Positions 39,601 to 54,252 of a stretch of 64,000 bases of DNA are shown piece by piece. A model generated the notes under the pieces. That model saw only the letters and a list, made by a program, of their open reading frames with translations, ran no database searches and was not told the DNA's origin. Origin of the DNA: Anaeramoeba ignava BMAN. Lineage: Eukaryota > Protista > Anaeramoebae. The stretch spans positions 62,001 through 126,000 of the forward strand of contig JAPDFW010000127.1 of NCBI GenBank assembly GCA_028826165.1, read 5' to 3'. The first letter of the stretch is position 1, and each line of letters begins with the position of its first letter. The position numbers were made by a program, and so were the translations under genes.

Positions 39601-42600
39601 ATTAAAGAATGGATTCAATCACAAAAAGAATCATTCCAAACAAAAGCAAAAAGAAATATTACCAAAATATTTTCTGAAGGATCTACATTTCTATTTCAGT
39701 CTTCTATTACCGAAAACAAAACATTTATTTGTGAAACTTCCCAATCTGAGAAATTTACATTTGATGATTTCACAGATTTTTATTCTTTTTTCCATGATTT
39801 CGACTTTAATCAAAATTCAATTCAACCCCAAAATATCAAAAAAAACAAAAGCAAAAAAAACAAAGACAACAACCAAAATATAAAAAAAAATAAAGAAAAT
39901 AAAGAAAATGACAAAGAACAAATAGAGGATTTTCTTGATTCGTTTAAATACATTGAAAAATGTACGGAACTTCTTTCTAAACTTACTTCAAACTCTCATT
40001 TCAAATACAAAAATTACTCTCATAAAATTCCAGTCAATAAATCCAAAAAATATAAACAAGATTTGAATAATTTCCAAATTAAATTAGAACAAGATTTGAC
40101 AGAATGGAAAAAAACAGTAAATGAAATTTTTGTAGGATTTCCTTTTCTTTCTTTCTTTTCTCAAGAACAAATTTTGGGATTTTTACACATGATTCAATCT
40201 TTTTTTGATAAACAACAAAACTCTTCAAATTTGCTCAACTCAAACGAAAAAGAAGATTTCATCCAAATATTAAAACTTTATTCAAAATCACTCACAGTTG
40301 AAATTATTGAAACAGAAATCAAAAAAACACAAAATACAAATTCTGAATTCAAAGAATATGCCAAAATCTTAAACGATATTTTGCAAAAACATTTCGATCC
40401 AAACAGAACAATCAAAATTGAAGATGATAATCTATTTGAGAACCACATTTACAAAGAGGCAAACAAGGAATTAAACAAACAATTCAACAAGAAAAGCGGC
40501 AAAGTTACAGATCCAAAAATTTTCGTTCATTCTTCAAAAAATGAATTGAATGTTTATGATATTGTTTGCACTTTCTATTATATATTTTCTCGCAAATTCC
40601 CATTAAGGGAACAAGTACTAATTTGCAACGAAGAAACAACAGAAGGAGATATTTCCCAATTCTTGAAAGTTTACGAATTTTACAACTTAGATAGAAACAT
40701 ACAAACAAATCAAAACACACACTCTTCTCTATTCTCCATTGTTCATGCAAACAGACTCTCAAAAAAGAAAGCAAATTTCCTCATTTCAAGTATCCATTCT
40801 ATATCCTTTGATACCCAATTCCCATTGGTCATTTTTTGCTCAGGTAGTGACTATCTAACTAAAAACTTACTTTATGCATTTTCTACAGGAGAAGTTAAAA
40901 ACACAGATATAGAACCAATCCACAACAATGAACTCAAAAAGTTTATGAAAATAAACCCATTTTCACAAAGAATGAAAGTTTTCACATCAAAACTTGCTGG
41001 ATTTGGCAAAACATTCCGCATTCGCCAAGTTTGTTACAAAGAAAATCCTTCATCAAACTATCACCACATTGTTGTTACATCAGAAAAAAAATCTGAAATT
41101 ATCAAACAGATTATTGATAAATTGGCCAATCATGAAAAAAAAGATATAATTTATTTTCATATTGAATTTCCTTATTCACCAAAAAGTACAATTTCTGATT
41201 ATATTTGGACTCTTCTAATGTGGGGATCAATAGAAGACAAAAGATCTTTCTCATCCATAAATTCTGCATGGAATATACCAGAAAATGTTAGATTGATGTT
41301 TGAAGTTCCAAGTCATAGAACTGAAGATTCTTTGCAGGGACTTAAATTCTTTCCTCCTCTTAAATACTTGGAACAAAATGAATGTGAAGTCAACTCAAAA
41401 TCCTTTTCTTTTAATTCCTATTCTCCAACAAATAATGGCATAATCGTAAAAACAAAGGATTGGGATCTGATTTATGTTCGAAATTTATTTAAATTTTATG
41501 ACCAAGAATTTGAGATACTAAGAGGCAAAAACAAAGAAGCTCGTATTACAATTTTCAAAGATATATCAGATCTCAAATCCAAAGAACAAAAAGAAGCAGC
41601 CAAAAAAACATTCTACAAAAAGAGCAAAAAATTTATTTACGAAGTAAATAAAGATGAAGAACTAACTTTTCGATTACTTGCAAACTTTTGGAGAGTCTTG
41701 AAATCTCACATTCATGCTTTGATGTCTTATAATTTTCTTAATCCAAATATGGGGAAAGAGTTGTTCAATAACGAATCAATGGGAAAACTATTCCTAAAGC
41801 AATTCATAAAAGCCTATTTCTCTTCCGTTTCAAAAATGATTGCTCGCTCATTTGATTGGACAAATACATCTCCAGAATCTGGATTGACAGAACTAGAAGA
41901 TTTATGTAATACGTTCGATAAGGCTCTTCCTTGGGAAAAAAGAGATCTTTTTATTATTCTTTTTGTAATTTCAATAACCAAAACAAACGATCAGAAAACA
42001 TCTGTAAACTTAAGTGGAATTAATCTTCTGGGAAGAGATGAAAACGAAATGAGAAATTGCTTCGATACCAAGTTACATAAAACATTAGAAAAAAATGGTT
42101 TTGTTTTCCACAAATCTCTTCCTCCAGATTCAATTATTAATGAGTACGAGAAAGCTTTTTCAGCTCTCAATTCATTATCCTTCAAAAAATTTGATTTCAA
42201 AAAATTATCCAAAGAACATCAAGAAAACAAATCAAAATATACATTCACAACAGATAACTTCTTGAAGATGATATTTATACAATACAAATTATTTGCAAGA
42301 CTGCCTGTGATTTTGCTTGGAGAAACTGGATGTGGAAAAACTTCCTTAATTTCATATTTGTGTGAAACTGTGATGAACCAAAAACTAAAACTTCTTACTA
42401 TTCATGGCAAAATCAAGAGAAAAGAAATCTTTAATTTTGTAGAAAATGCCCAAAAAGAAGCTGAACAAATAGGTGAAAAGATTGCAATTTTCTTTGATGA
42501 ATTCAATACAGCTCCCAAAAAATGTCTTATGATTTTAAAAGGTTTGTTTTCTGATCGTATTCTCAATGGAATTCCCATTTCTGACCAAATTTACATTTTT

Positions 42601-45600
42601 GGAGCTGCTAATCCTTATCGTTTGAGAGAAGAGAAAAGTGAAAATGATGATTTCTTAACAGATGAAGGATTGGCGTTCGATTACGGAGAAAGACAAGAGG
42701 AAATGAAACTTTTAAGAAGAGCCGTATATCGTGTTCATGCAATTCCAGATTCGTTTTTCGATGATATTTTTGATTACGGAATACTATCACAAAACTCTGA
42801 GCAAAGATACATTGAGAAAATGATCCAAAACTCCTTTTCTGAAATTGATGCTAAAAAAAATCAAATTGTTACAAACAGAGAAGCAACATTCATTTTGCTT
42901 TCTCGAGTCCTATTCGAATGTCATAATTTTCTTCGAGAAAACTCAAACGACGAACGCAGCGCTGTTTCTTTGAGAGACACATCAAAAGCGCTCAGAATTT
43001 TCAAATGGTTACTAACAGAAAAAATTGGAAATTTAATAATCGATTCAAAAAACCCCAAGGAAAAACTCGTAAATGCTTTTATCGTTTCATTATTTGTTTG
43101 CTTTGGATGCAGATTTAATACTGGAGTAAGGATTGATTTCTACAAAATGATTGAAAAGAAAATATCAACAAATGACAGTAAATTTTCTGAAGGTAAAATT
43201 ATTTCAGATGTGATCGCAAAGTCACAGGATAATCTTATAAAAGAATTAAATATAAATTTCAAAAAATGGACTGTTGCTTTAAATCAATCACTAAGAGAAA
43301 ATTTATTTTTGATCTTCTTTTGTTCATACACACAAATCCCATTGTTCTTGGTCGGTAAACCTGGCTCATCAAAATCAATTTCAATAGAGATTTTAATGCA
43401 AGAATTAGGACCACCAAAATCTACAAAAAAATTTTTAGAAAAATGGAATCTTCCTTCTTTAAAACCGTTTTATATTCAGTGCTCACCAATTACAACAGCT
43501 TTGGGAATCACTAAAATATTTGAGCAAGCTAGAAGTTATGCATCACATTTGGATCCAGAAAATGCTCTCAGTGTTGTTATTTTGGATGAAATTGCACTAG
43601 CTGAGTTGAGTCCAGATCTTCCATTAAAAGTTCTTCATTTTGAACTTGAAAAGGTTGATAAAAAAATAATGAACCAAGAAAATTTAATAAGCCAAAAAAA
43701 CGAACCTTTAGTTTCTGTTCTAGCTGTTTCAAATTGGCAATTGGATCCAAGTCAAACAAATCGAGGAATATTATTAAGAAGAGTTGATCCAAATTCATCT
43801 GAACTTTTTTCAACAGCTCTCCAAATTCTCCGCTCTTTTGATAAACGTTTCCCAAAAAATTTTGCAGAGAAAATTTCTAGTGTTTATGAATTGATTTTCA
43901 GAACTCAGATGAGTGAATTCCAAATGTCAAACATGAAACAGAGCCAATCCCAAATACAAAACAACGATCCAAGAAATTATTTTGGATTGAGAGATTTTTA
44001 CTATTTTATCAAGATGATCGGCTTTAATTTCGCAAATAACAAAATCAAATATGATGATCCTTATATGATTTGGAATGTTATTTACCGCAACTTTGGATCA
44101 AAACCAGATTTTATTGGGAATCTCAGACCAGAAATTATGAAAATTTTCAACTTTAGTAGTATGCCTAAACCTCCTTCAGCTTTATCACTTATGCAACAGA
44201 ACTTATCATTATCTATTGTTGATCAAAAGCGATTTCCTGATGCTAAACTTCCCCAAAGTATTTTAAATCATCCACAAAAGTTTTCTCGACATCTAATGAT
44301 ATTGCCAGACAGGGCATCAATTCTTCCGTTAATTCTTTCTCAAATAAAACGGAAATATATTGTTATTTTTGGTTCTTCTTTTGCTGAAGATAAAAAAGCA
44401 CTTAGAATCATCCAAAATCTCAAAAAAGTTGAAAAGGCTGTTACTGAAGGCAAAACCATTGTTTTATGCTATAATGAACAACTTTATGAGCCTCTATATG
44501 ATTTATTGAATCAGAATTATATTCAAGAAGATGATAGATTGTTTGCTCGTATTTCATTTGGGCATATTACCCAAAACATTTCCATTAATCAAAACTTCAG
44601 GATTATTACTATAATTGATAAAACTCGAGCATATGAAACACAATCTCCTGCCATTTTGAACAGATTTGAAAAGCAGCTTGTTTTACCTGAAGATTTCATC
44701 GTGCAAAAAGAATTTATCTCATTTCTAACTGAGCAAACTACTAACCTCAGCAATATAAAAAAATATACAAAATTCAGAATCAGTAATAAGAATTTGATCA
44801 TCAATTATCACGAAGATCTTTTGTCATCACTTGCAGTAAAATTAAAAGATGATAATGGAGTTGAAGAGAAGATCAGAAAAAAATATAAAAAAAGCAAAAA
44901 TATCGAAAAGAAAGTAATTGAGGAGAAAAAGAAATATGGTGAGAAGTGTTGGATTAGACTTTGTAAAACAGAGAAGATGATCCAGCTTTTTGATATCATT
45001 TCAAATGAGAAATTAGAAGAATCAGAGAAAACATTTCTTCAAAATATCTGGAATACTTTCGAAAGTCAATATTGCTACAACTTTTCAGAACTTTTTAAAA
45101 AAGAAATATCAAAATACAAAATCAAGAACTGCGCCATTTTAACTTATTCATCATACACAAACCAGAAAATTGATATACCAAAAGAATATAAATTGGAAGA
45201 GATTGATCTCTCAAATTATACAAGTGATACTGAATTGAAAAGAGATTTAGAAGATAATTGGTACAACCAAATTAATAATAGCAAATTTATTTTGGGAGTT
45301 CATCTGAATCTTGCTGAAAAAGAATCATTAGAACTGTTTTATCAAACAAAATATCTGATCGAAAGTATGATTGAAAGGAATTCCTCCAAAATAGACAACC
45401 AACATAGTATTGATGAATCTGAGAACAGAAGTTATTTATTGAAAACACATAATTGTTATATTGTTTTTTCCTCCATTTACCACCAAAACAAACAAGTAAT
45501 TCATTTTACTATTGTTTTGAAAACGATTGGGAGTTTTATTACCTGGATGAATTGGAACAAAAATACAATTTTGATTTGATTAAATTGAAAAAGGAAAACT

Positions 45601-48600
45601 GGGATCTTAAGGATATTCTTAACAACTTCCAAAACAATTTCAAAGAATTTATTACACAAATTTTTCCAGTTTCAATATCTCAATTTTCAGATCCTTTGAA
45701 CCCAAATTATTCTCAAGAATTTCAAGAATTGGATAAATTGTTGAACACTAATGACCAACTTCAAAAAATTATTTTTAACAACATTTTAAATATGATCACT
45801 GAAGGAAATGAAAAAGGTTTGGAGTTATATAAATGGGACATAACAACTATTATATCGAGTTATAATCAAAATGTCTCAGTTTCAGAGTATGTATTTAATA
45901 TCTTCATAGAAAAAATTACACGAATTTTCGCAATATTACTTAACAATTTGAACCGAAACGAAAATTCTAGACTAATTAAAGAAAATGAGATTATCAGAGA
46001 TATTTGGTTTTCGATTGTGAGTGAATATCAAATTCCTTTTTATGATATTTTCATTCTAAATCAGTTCAAAAAAGCAGAATTCCCATTTTCATTTTTAATA
46101 TATTCATTAATTGAAGATTTTGGATCAGTTCCCAAAGAAAAGAAATATCTAAGGAATATTATCAACATTCCATTCAGTAAAATTAAAACTTTTAAAAGCA
46201 GTAATAATGATAATGAAAATATTGATAAAAAGATTATCAAAGATATTGTTATTCGATATTTCCATGATTTTCTGAAGATTTCACTAGGAAATCAAATTGA
46301 AAAAATTCAAGAAGTTCAAAATCATTTAATTAATGCAATTGAAGGATTTAATAACCAAAAAATTATTGACATTTCATTGAAAAGAATTCACTCAACATTT
46401 TCTGAAAAAGTTAAACCTCATTTGCAAGATATACTTTTACTTCATAAATATTACAGCTTATTAATAACACAAGATGAATCATCGCAAAGAAAAATTCCAA
46501 AATCTAAAAAAAAGCATTTCTCTATCTTTTCACTTCTTCAAAATTATTTTAAAGCTTTAGAAAACACATATAAAAAAGGAAATCTAGAAAATAAGAAATA
46601 TTTGTGTGGAATCATTTCCGAATCAATCCCATTTGTTCAAAATTTGATGATATCACTTACAAATCAATCAAAAAAAGCAAATGAAATCAGCTCTTTAAGT
46701 GATCACTGGAGTAGAGTTTTGATACTAAGAAATGTTTTTATTTGTTTCCTTGTTCCTTTTGGGAAAGAGTTATCAATTTCTTCACAAACAACAAGCCTCC
46801 TATTTTTGGAAAATAATGAAAATAATGAAAATAATGAAAATACAAATATTGTTGATCATTTTTTTAATGATATTTGGGGTGAAATTGAAAAAAAGTTTGT
46901 TTCTTTCAAGAAAGATTCAGTTCTAAAATATATTGAAATGATTGGAGAAAATCCGAAAAAAAATAAATTGAAAAACATTTGCTTTTGCGAAAATAATAAC
47001 CATCCAATATTAACAAATGAAATTAAACAAAAGAAGCCTTATATCTGTTCTTGTTGTCAAAAAGAATATAAAAGTAAATCAAAACATTACGAAAAAGCAA
47101 CTGCAGAAAAAATAAGTAATTATAAACAAAAATTGGCCAAGTTTGCGAATTATTCCTCATTTTTCTTGGAGAACTTTGGCAAAATTTTATTCCAACAAAT
47201 CTTGATTAAATTTTATTTGAAGGAAAAATTAGATCAAATTAAAGGAAATTTTGTTAAATATATAGATAATTTACTTAAAGATACTTCCAGAGTTACACCT
47301 TCACTATTTAATTCTTTAATTAGAGATTTTGTGTTTCCACCAATAGAAGATCCGGAACTAAGGGATTTGCTTATGGATATTCTTAATATTTTTTTAAACA
47401 AAGTTGATTTATCAGAACAAAATATTAATAACATATTTGGAGCTTCATGCTTACAAATATTGATAAACCAAGATTCAAATGAAGAAATTGATCAAATAGA
47501 ACAAATCATGGATACTATCAACATTAATGAACTTCTTCCAGAAAAGAAATACACTCTAAGAAAAATTTATAGAATCGCTAATTTTAGGAAACTTCTTATT
47601 GAAAATACAAAGAATTTTGTGAAAAAAAATCAAGAATTTTTTCAGAAAAAAGAAGGAAAAAAATGGATTATGTTTTTATTCAGGTTCATATATCATGAAA
47701 AAGGTAGTGCAGAATTAACTCGATTTGCTGCAGAAAATCTTCATTTTCTCCGAAAGAATATTAAAGAGGTTGGGGATATCATTAGTATAGACACTAATGC
47801 TTTTAATTGTGAAGTTATCATCCCAAATTTGAAAAATGAAGAAACTTTAGTTAAACATTTCCAAAACAAAATTATGGGGATTCCCAACAAAAAAGAGTAC
47901 AAATCAAAAGTTTCTTGTTTACAATTTGCTTTTGATTTTAGTGATACGATTCAAAACACAATTAAAGATGTTGGAATAATAAGATTGCTTTTCCATACAT
48001 TAGAAATTGTTAATAGTATTAATTTTGAGCCATTAGTAAAATTAGTTTCAATAGAAATTACAAGAAATTCTAATGAACCAACAGCCAAAAAAATGATAGA
48101 TAAATTAAGCAGTATTTATTGGCCTAGCATGCCTGAACATCCTTATTTGCAAAGCTTCCACAAACAAAAAAAGCATTGGTGGATTTGTCCCAATAAGCAT
48201 CCCTTTTATATTGATGGATGCGGGAAACCAACAGTGATTAACAATTGTCAGACCTGCGGCGCAAGAATTGGAGGGATTAAACACAAACCTATTGAAGGAA
48301 CAGTACGAGCTACTATTGAAAATTTCCCAGAATATTTGGGTTACTCACATTCAATTTTTCCAATCGATGAATCATTAAATGTTCGAATATTATCTCCAAT
48401 ATCATATTTAATACTTAAAATTATGACAATTTCTTGTGTTCTTTCTTTAGCAACCATAAATGATTCATTTGCGGATAATTTTTCTTTGATAATCAATCCA
48501 GAATTAGAAAAACCTGAAAATAAAACTCAAATTATTGGTAATTTCTTGAAAATTATTAATAAATCAATTTCAATAATGAAGAATATTCTCAAAATATCAA

Positions 48601-50354
48601 TTGAAGATACCTTTAAATATTATCACAAAGTCTTGAATTTACTAGCAAAAGATGAATACTCAAAGCATCTTAGATATGAAATTGATGATCTTCAGACGAT
48701 AGAAAATCGAAATCAAATTGAAGAGCATTTTAATCAAATAATTGTCAAAGAACATGAAAATATTATTACTCAAATAAAAAACGAAAAATCAAATGAAAAA
48801 GAGAAAAAAAGCGCGCTGAAGAATTTAGAAAAAGAAGAAGTACTTTGGCCCTATTTATATTACAAAACACAAACTTATGATGAATTTCTTGGGTTGTTTC
48901 ATCGAGATCAAGCAAATTCCAGAAATTTTCCAATAATTCATTTTGTGAATGAAAATCGAGAGAATTTAGAAATACTCAGATTATTCCCACAATTTATTCG
49001 ATTCACATCACTTATCATGCAAAGGTTTAATGGAATATTGTCATCTAACGATATTCAAGATATGAAAATATCTCATTTTATTGAAAAAGAAAAAGAAAAA
49101 GGAAATATAAGTAATTCAATTGAGAATTTATATCAAGATTTTGAGAATTTTTGGAACTTAACTTGGAAATATGTGAAACAATTGTTAGTCTGTCATGAAA
49201 CACCTGAATATCTTCAAAAAATTGTAATGAATAAAGATCAAAGTATTGGGTTATGTTTAACTGGAGATGAAGATGTGTATCTTTGTGTACCAAATTTAAT
49301 AAATCATGTAATTGATTTACATAATAATTTGATAAGACAAGAATCTATTCAAGAAAATATCAAACAACAAATTTTGTCAAATCAAAAGAAAAAGAAAAAC
49401 AATAAAAATAACAATAATAATAATAACGAAAATGATAATAATGAAATTATTGAAGATGAAGATGAAGATGAAGATGAAGATAAATTTGATATTCTTCATT
49501 TCCCAACTCAAAACTATTTTGATTGGTCGAAATTAATAAGTATTGATATCAATGAAATCATAAATTTTATTAATGATCATCAAATTGATCAAATTTCTTA
49601 TGAAATTTTGGAACAATATCTAATTGAAAAATTCAATTTCTCAACTAAGTCAAAAAAGATTGTATCTCAAATTGAATTTTTCTCATTTAAAGATAAAATT
49701 GATAAAAAAGTTTATGCTTTACAAAATCTGAACTGGAGACAAGAAAAAATACCAATTGAAAAATGGGATCGAATTGTTGGAGAATTAACTGTTTCAAAAT
49801 CGATAGAGCAATGCAAAAATTTAACCAAAACAGTAATTTTTTCTTGCTCAAATATTCCACTAGATTCTGTTCATTTAAACAACATTCCAGATTTAAATTT
49901 AATTGAATTTGCAGCTGAAAAACTTAAATTAAAAAAAAATGATGATTTAATTGCGACTAAAGAAGGCTCAAAAATTTTTACAAAAGAGATTCAATTGAAA
50001 CATTTACTTGATTTATATAAAAAATTTGAAGAACATTTTACTGATTTAAGAGAAAAAATTTCAGATAAATTTAAAGAGCAAATCAATCAAAATCAAAAAG
50101 AAGATTTGGATAAAATTCAAGATCATTTTGATATTGAAACTCTTTTAATAATTTGGAAAAGATCACTTTTAAAATTAAATGAAAAAACTTCAGCTTCTTA
50201 TCTTTTTAAAGAATACATGAGTTATATTCCATATGAAAATGATCAAGAAGAGCAATGCATAGATTTACTTCATAAACATTTCCCTAAATCCATTTCCTGT
50301 TCTCATTCATTATCTGCTTTTGATTATGTTTCCAATTTTAAGAAGATAAAATGA
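36653..50354 (+). CDS. RNF213-like: RNF213/mysterin-like giant AAA+ ATPase with RZ-finger E3 module (~4570 aa once two 1-nt homopolymer gaps are repaired)
   Basis: SKLAGFGKT, LLGETGCGKT..FFDEFN, VGKPGSSKS..VILDEI, GLRDFYYFIK, LYDLLNQNY, LNRFEK; RZ finger CPNKHPFYIDGCGKPTVINNCQTCGARIGGIKH. Confidence 0.88.
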
Positions 50355-50459
50355 TCTTATTTTTTCTTTTTCAAATTTTTTCAATTAAAAAAAAAACGGA
50401 ACAAAAAAAATAAATTTCATTTTTTTCTTTTTTCATTTTTCATTTTTTTCTTTATTAAA

Positions 50460-51633
50460 ATGTGGGTAAGTTTTAAAAGTAAAAATGATTTAAATTTCAA
50501 TAATAATAATTTTAATTAAAAATTTAAAAATAAAAATTAAGAATTTAAATGAACAAAAAAAATTAAATCAAAGAGCAAAAAATTTAAAAGAAATTAGTCA
50601 AAAATTAATTCAAAAAATTGAAGAAGAAAATATCAATTTAGGAAATTATGAAGAAAAAGAAAAAGAAAAAGAAAATACAGAAAACTTTGAATTAGCAATA
50701 AAATTAAGAGAATTATGTGGAAAATATAATGAAATTTTCTTTGAAAATGAAAAAGAAATTCAACTTCATTTTAAAAAAGAAAAAGAAAAAGAAAAAATAA
50801 TAAATCAAAATTTAGAAATTTCAAGTCAAAAACTTGAAGAAATTAACAATTTAATTCTATTAGAAAAAAAGAATCAAATTCAAACTCAAATTGCAATTAT
50901 GGAAAAAATTGTTGAAAAAAAAGAAAATGAAGAACATGAATATTTAAATGAAGTAATTGATTTATTTCAAAATACAAAATTATCTTTAATTCAAGAAGAA
51001 TTAGAAATTGAACAAAACAAACAAAATAATAAAGAATCACTTGCTAATTTATCAAAAGAAATCCAAAAAGAATTACAAAATGGATCTTTTTATGATGAAA
51101 ATTATGAAGAAGTTTTAACATTAAATTCCATTTTGAAAAGAAAACTTAAAAAAGAAACCCAGAAAAAAGAAAATCGAAAAAAGAAAATTGAAAAAAACGA
51201 TCTCAAAAGTAAAATTGCACAATTAAAAGAAGATAATGGAACTTTATTAAGCAATCTTTTTGAATTTTTGGATCAATTTTATCCCAAACAAACAAAAAAA
51301 GAAATTGAAAAAAAGGAAAAAAAGAAAAAACTTACAAAAAGAACCAAAAAATCCAAAAAATCCAAAAAAAAAGAAAGTGATTCTAATTCTAATTCTGATT
51401 CTAATTCTGATTCTGATTCTGATATTGTTATTGATATTGATGGAATTGACCAAGATTTTTTTAGTTTAAAACAAATTATTCAACAATTACTAAATCAAGC
51501 AAAATCTCCAAATAAATTTATTAAAATTAATAATCAATTTTGGAAACCTTATATTGAATTACTTGAACGTTCAAATATAATTGTTTTTCATCCAGAAGAT
51601 AAAAAACAAATTAAACTTTCTTTTGATTTTTAA
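50460..51633 (+). CDS. CENPK: CENP-K-like kinetochore protein
   Basis: ATG TGG|GTAAGT then exon from 50542; coiled coil plus C-terminus FIKINNQFWKPYIELLERSNIIVFHPEDKKQIKL, resembling the CENP-K C-terminal motif (FWPPYVELLLR..HPED..IRL). Confidence 0.7.
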
Positions 51634-51815
51634 AAGAAAAACAAAAACAAAAAAAAAAGAAGAAGAAGAAGAAGAAGTTTTTTTGCTTTTATTTTAAAGA
51701 GAAAGAATAAAACTAAAAGGAATTTTAAGAGAAAAAAATTTTTCTTTAAAATTTTTAATCCATTTCTAAATTAGAATCAAAAAAATTAAAATTAAAATTA
51801 AAATTTAAATTTATT

Positions 51816-54082
51816 CTAAAACAAATTACTTATTATTGTTTTGCACAAAGGACATTTTTTATTTTTTTTTAACCAACTTTCAATACATCTAATAAAAAAA
51901 AAAAAAGAAGAAGAAGAAGAAGAAAAAAATTTTTTTATTTTTTGGATCATTTTGTTAAATTAATTTTACGCTGAATGAAAATTATGTCCACAAGGAAGGA
52001 TTGTAATACTATGATTTTCTTCATATTCTCCTAAACAAATTACGCATCTAAAATTTTATTTTTATTTTTAAATAAAAATATTAAATAATTTTTGAATTAA
52101 ATTTAAAAGAAGATTATTACTTTGAGAATTTTTGATCATCAAGATCATGTGAAAAAAATATTTTGGGAATTTTGTCAATTTCATCTTGAGTTAGTCCACA
52201 TTCAACAACACCAATTCTTTCCGAAATTGAGAAAAAATCAAAATGATCTGAGATATCGAGATTGAGTCGATCGTTTAAAGACGGAACTTGTTCAATTAGT
52301 GAAGATTTCAATGAATTATTTCTATTTTGTTGATGTTCTCTTAAAATTGGAGATTCATGAATAAAAATATTTCTTGAATTAGAAAAGAATGGATTAGAGT
52401 TTTGTCTTTTTTCTGTTGGAAGTGATCTTTTTGATGAAAGGTCATTGTATTTCTTTTCCAATTCTTTTTTCTGTTTTTGATATTTTTCTATTTTCTTGTT
52501 TTTTGTTTTTTTTGTTTTTTCTGTTTGTTTATTTTGAATTTTTATTTGATTTAATTTTTCCACTTTTTTAGTTTGTTTTTGTATTTTTTTAGCATATTTC
52601 TCATCTTCTTGAAGTATTTCTTTTTGATATTGTTGCCAATTTTTTTCTTCTTCATCAAATTTTTGTTGTAATTTCATTGCTAGAAGGTAATCAGAAGAAT
52701 TTTCATTTTCATTTTCATTTTGATTTAAATTCTTTTGGAAATTTTGATTTTGATTTTGATTTTGATTTTGATTTTGATTTTGATTTTGATTTTGATTTTG
52801 ATTTTGATTTTGATTTTGAATTTGAATTTGAATTTGAATTTATATTTTGATTTGAATTTGAATTTGAATTTGAATTTGAATTTAAATTTGAATTTGAATT
52901 TAAATTTGAATTTGAATTTGAATTTGAATTTGAATTTTGATTTGAATTTATATTTGAAATTGAATTTGAATTTTGATTTGAAATTGAAATTGAATTTTGA
53001 TTTGAATTTATATTTTGTTTTAAATTGAAATTTTGTTGGAAATTTTGTTGAAATCTTTTCTTTGAATTTTGTTGAAAATTTTGATTTGAATTTATATTTT
53101 GATTTAAATTTGAATTTGAATTTTGTTGAAAATTTAAATTTAAATTTGAATTTTGATTTAAATTTGAATTTTGATTTGAATTTGAATTTTGATTTAAATT
53201 TGAATTTAAATTTTGTTGGAAATTTTGTTTTAAATTTGAATTTGAATTTTGATTTGAATTTGAATTTGAATTTATATTTTGATTTGAATTTGAATTTGAA
53301 TTTGAATTTGAATTTGAATTTGATTTTGAATTTGAATTTAAATTTGAATTTTGTTTTAAACTGAAATTCTGATTTAAATTTAAATTTGAATTTGATTTTG
53401 ATTTTGAATTTGAATTTGAATTTGAATTTAAATTTGAATTTGAATTTGAATTTAAATTTGAATTTGAATTTTGTTGGAAATTTTGATTTGAATTTTGTTG
53501 AAAATTTGAATTTGAATTTGAATTTGAATTTGAATTTGAATTTGAATTTGAATTTGAATTTAAATTTAAATTTGAATTTATATTTTGTTGGAAATTTTGA
53601 TTTATATTTTGATTTGAATTTATATTTTGATTTAAATTTGAATTTGAATTTGAATTTAAATTTGAATTTGAATTTTGTTGGAAATTTTGATTTATATTTT
53701 GATTTGAATTTGAATTTAGTTTTAAATTTGAATTTTGATTTGAATTTATATTTTGATTTGAATTTGAATTTAAATTTTGTTGAAAATTTTGATTTGAATT
53801 TGAATTTGAATTTTGTTTTAAATTTGAATTTATATTTTGTTGGAAATTTTGTTGGAAATTTTGATTTGAATTTTGATTTTGATTTGAATTTGAATTTAAA
53901 TTTGAATTTGAATTTTGTTTTAAATTTGAATTTATATTTTGATTTGAATTTAAATTTTGTTGAAAATTTTGATTTGAATTTATATTTTGTTGAAATCTTT
54001 TCTTTGAATTTTTATAAAAAACTGATTCATTTAATATCTCTGAAAAATCAATAGGAACCCATTCGGAATCATTTGATTTCAT
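51816..54082 (-). CDS. RING-H2 E3 ligase with long N/S/Q low-complexity region and MIU-like motifs
   Basis: Spliced C-terminus CVICLGEYEENHSITILPCGHNFHSACIESWLKKNKKCPLCK; GLTQDEIDKIP; DYLLAMKLQ; apparent 1-nt frameshift within the repeat at ~52815. Confidence 0.8.
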
Positions 54083-54252
54083 TTGAAAAAAAACAAAAAT
54101 ATTTATAAATATAATTAGGATAATAATAAAAATAAAAAATGAAAGAAAAAAAAAATGAAAAAAATTTTTTAATTTTGAAAATTTTTTTTTCATTTTTTTC
54201 AAATTTTATTTTATTTTTTTTCGATTTAATCATTTTCAAAAACAAAAAGAAA

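Noticed and set aside
45453-45579. Programmed -1 frameshift between the 2839-aa and 1633-aa ORFs
   Set aside because: Adding one T to the T6 run (45464-45469) gives continuous NCYIVFFLHLPP. There is no canonical in-frame slippery heptamer, and similar 1-nt homopolymer gaps occur at ~36852 and ~52815, so a sequencing error is more likely.
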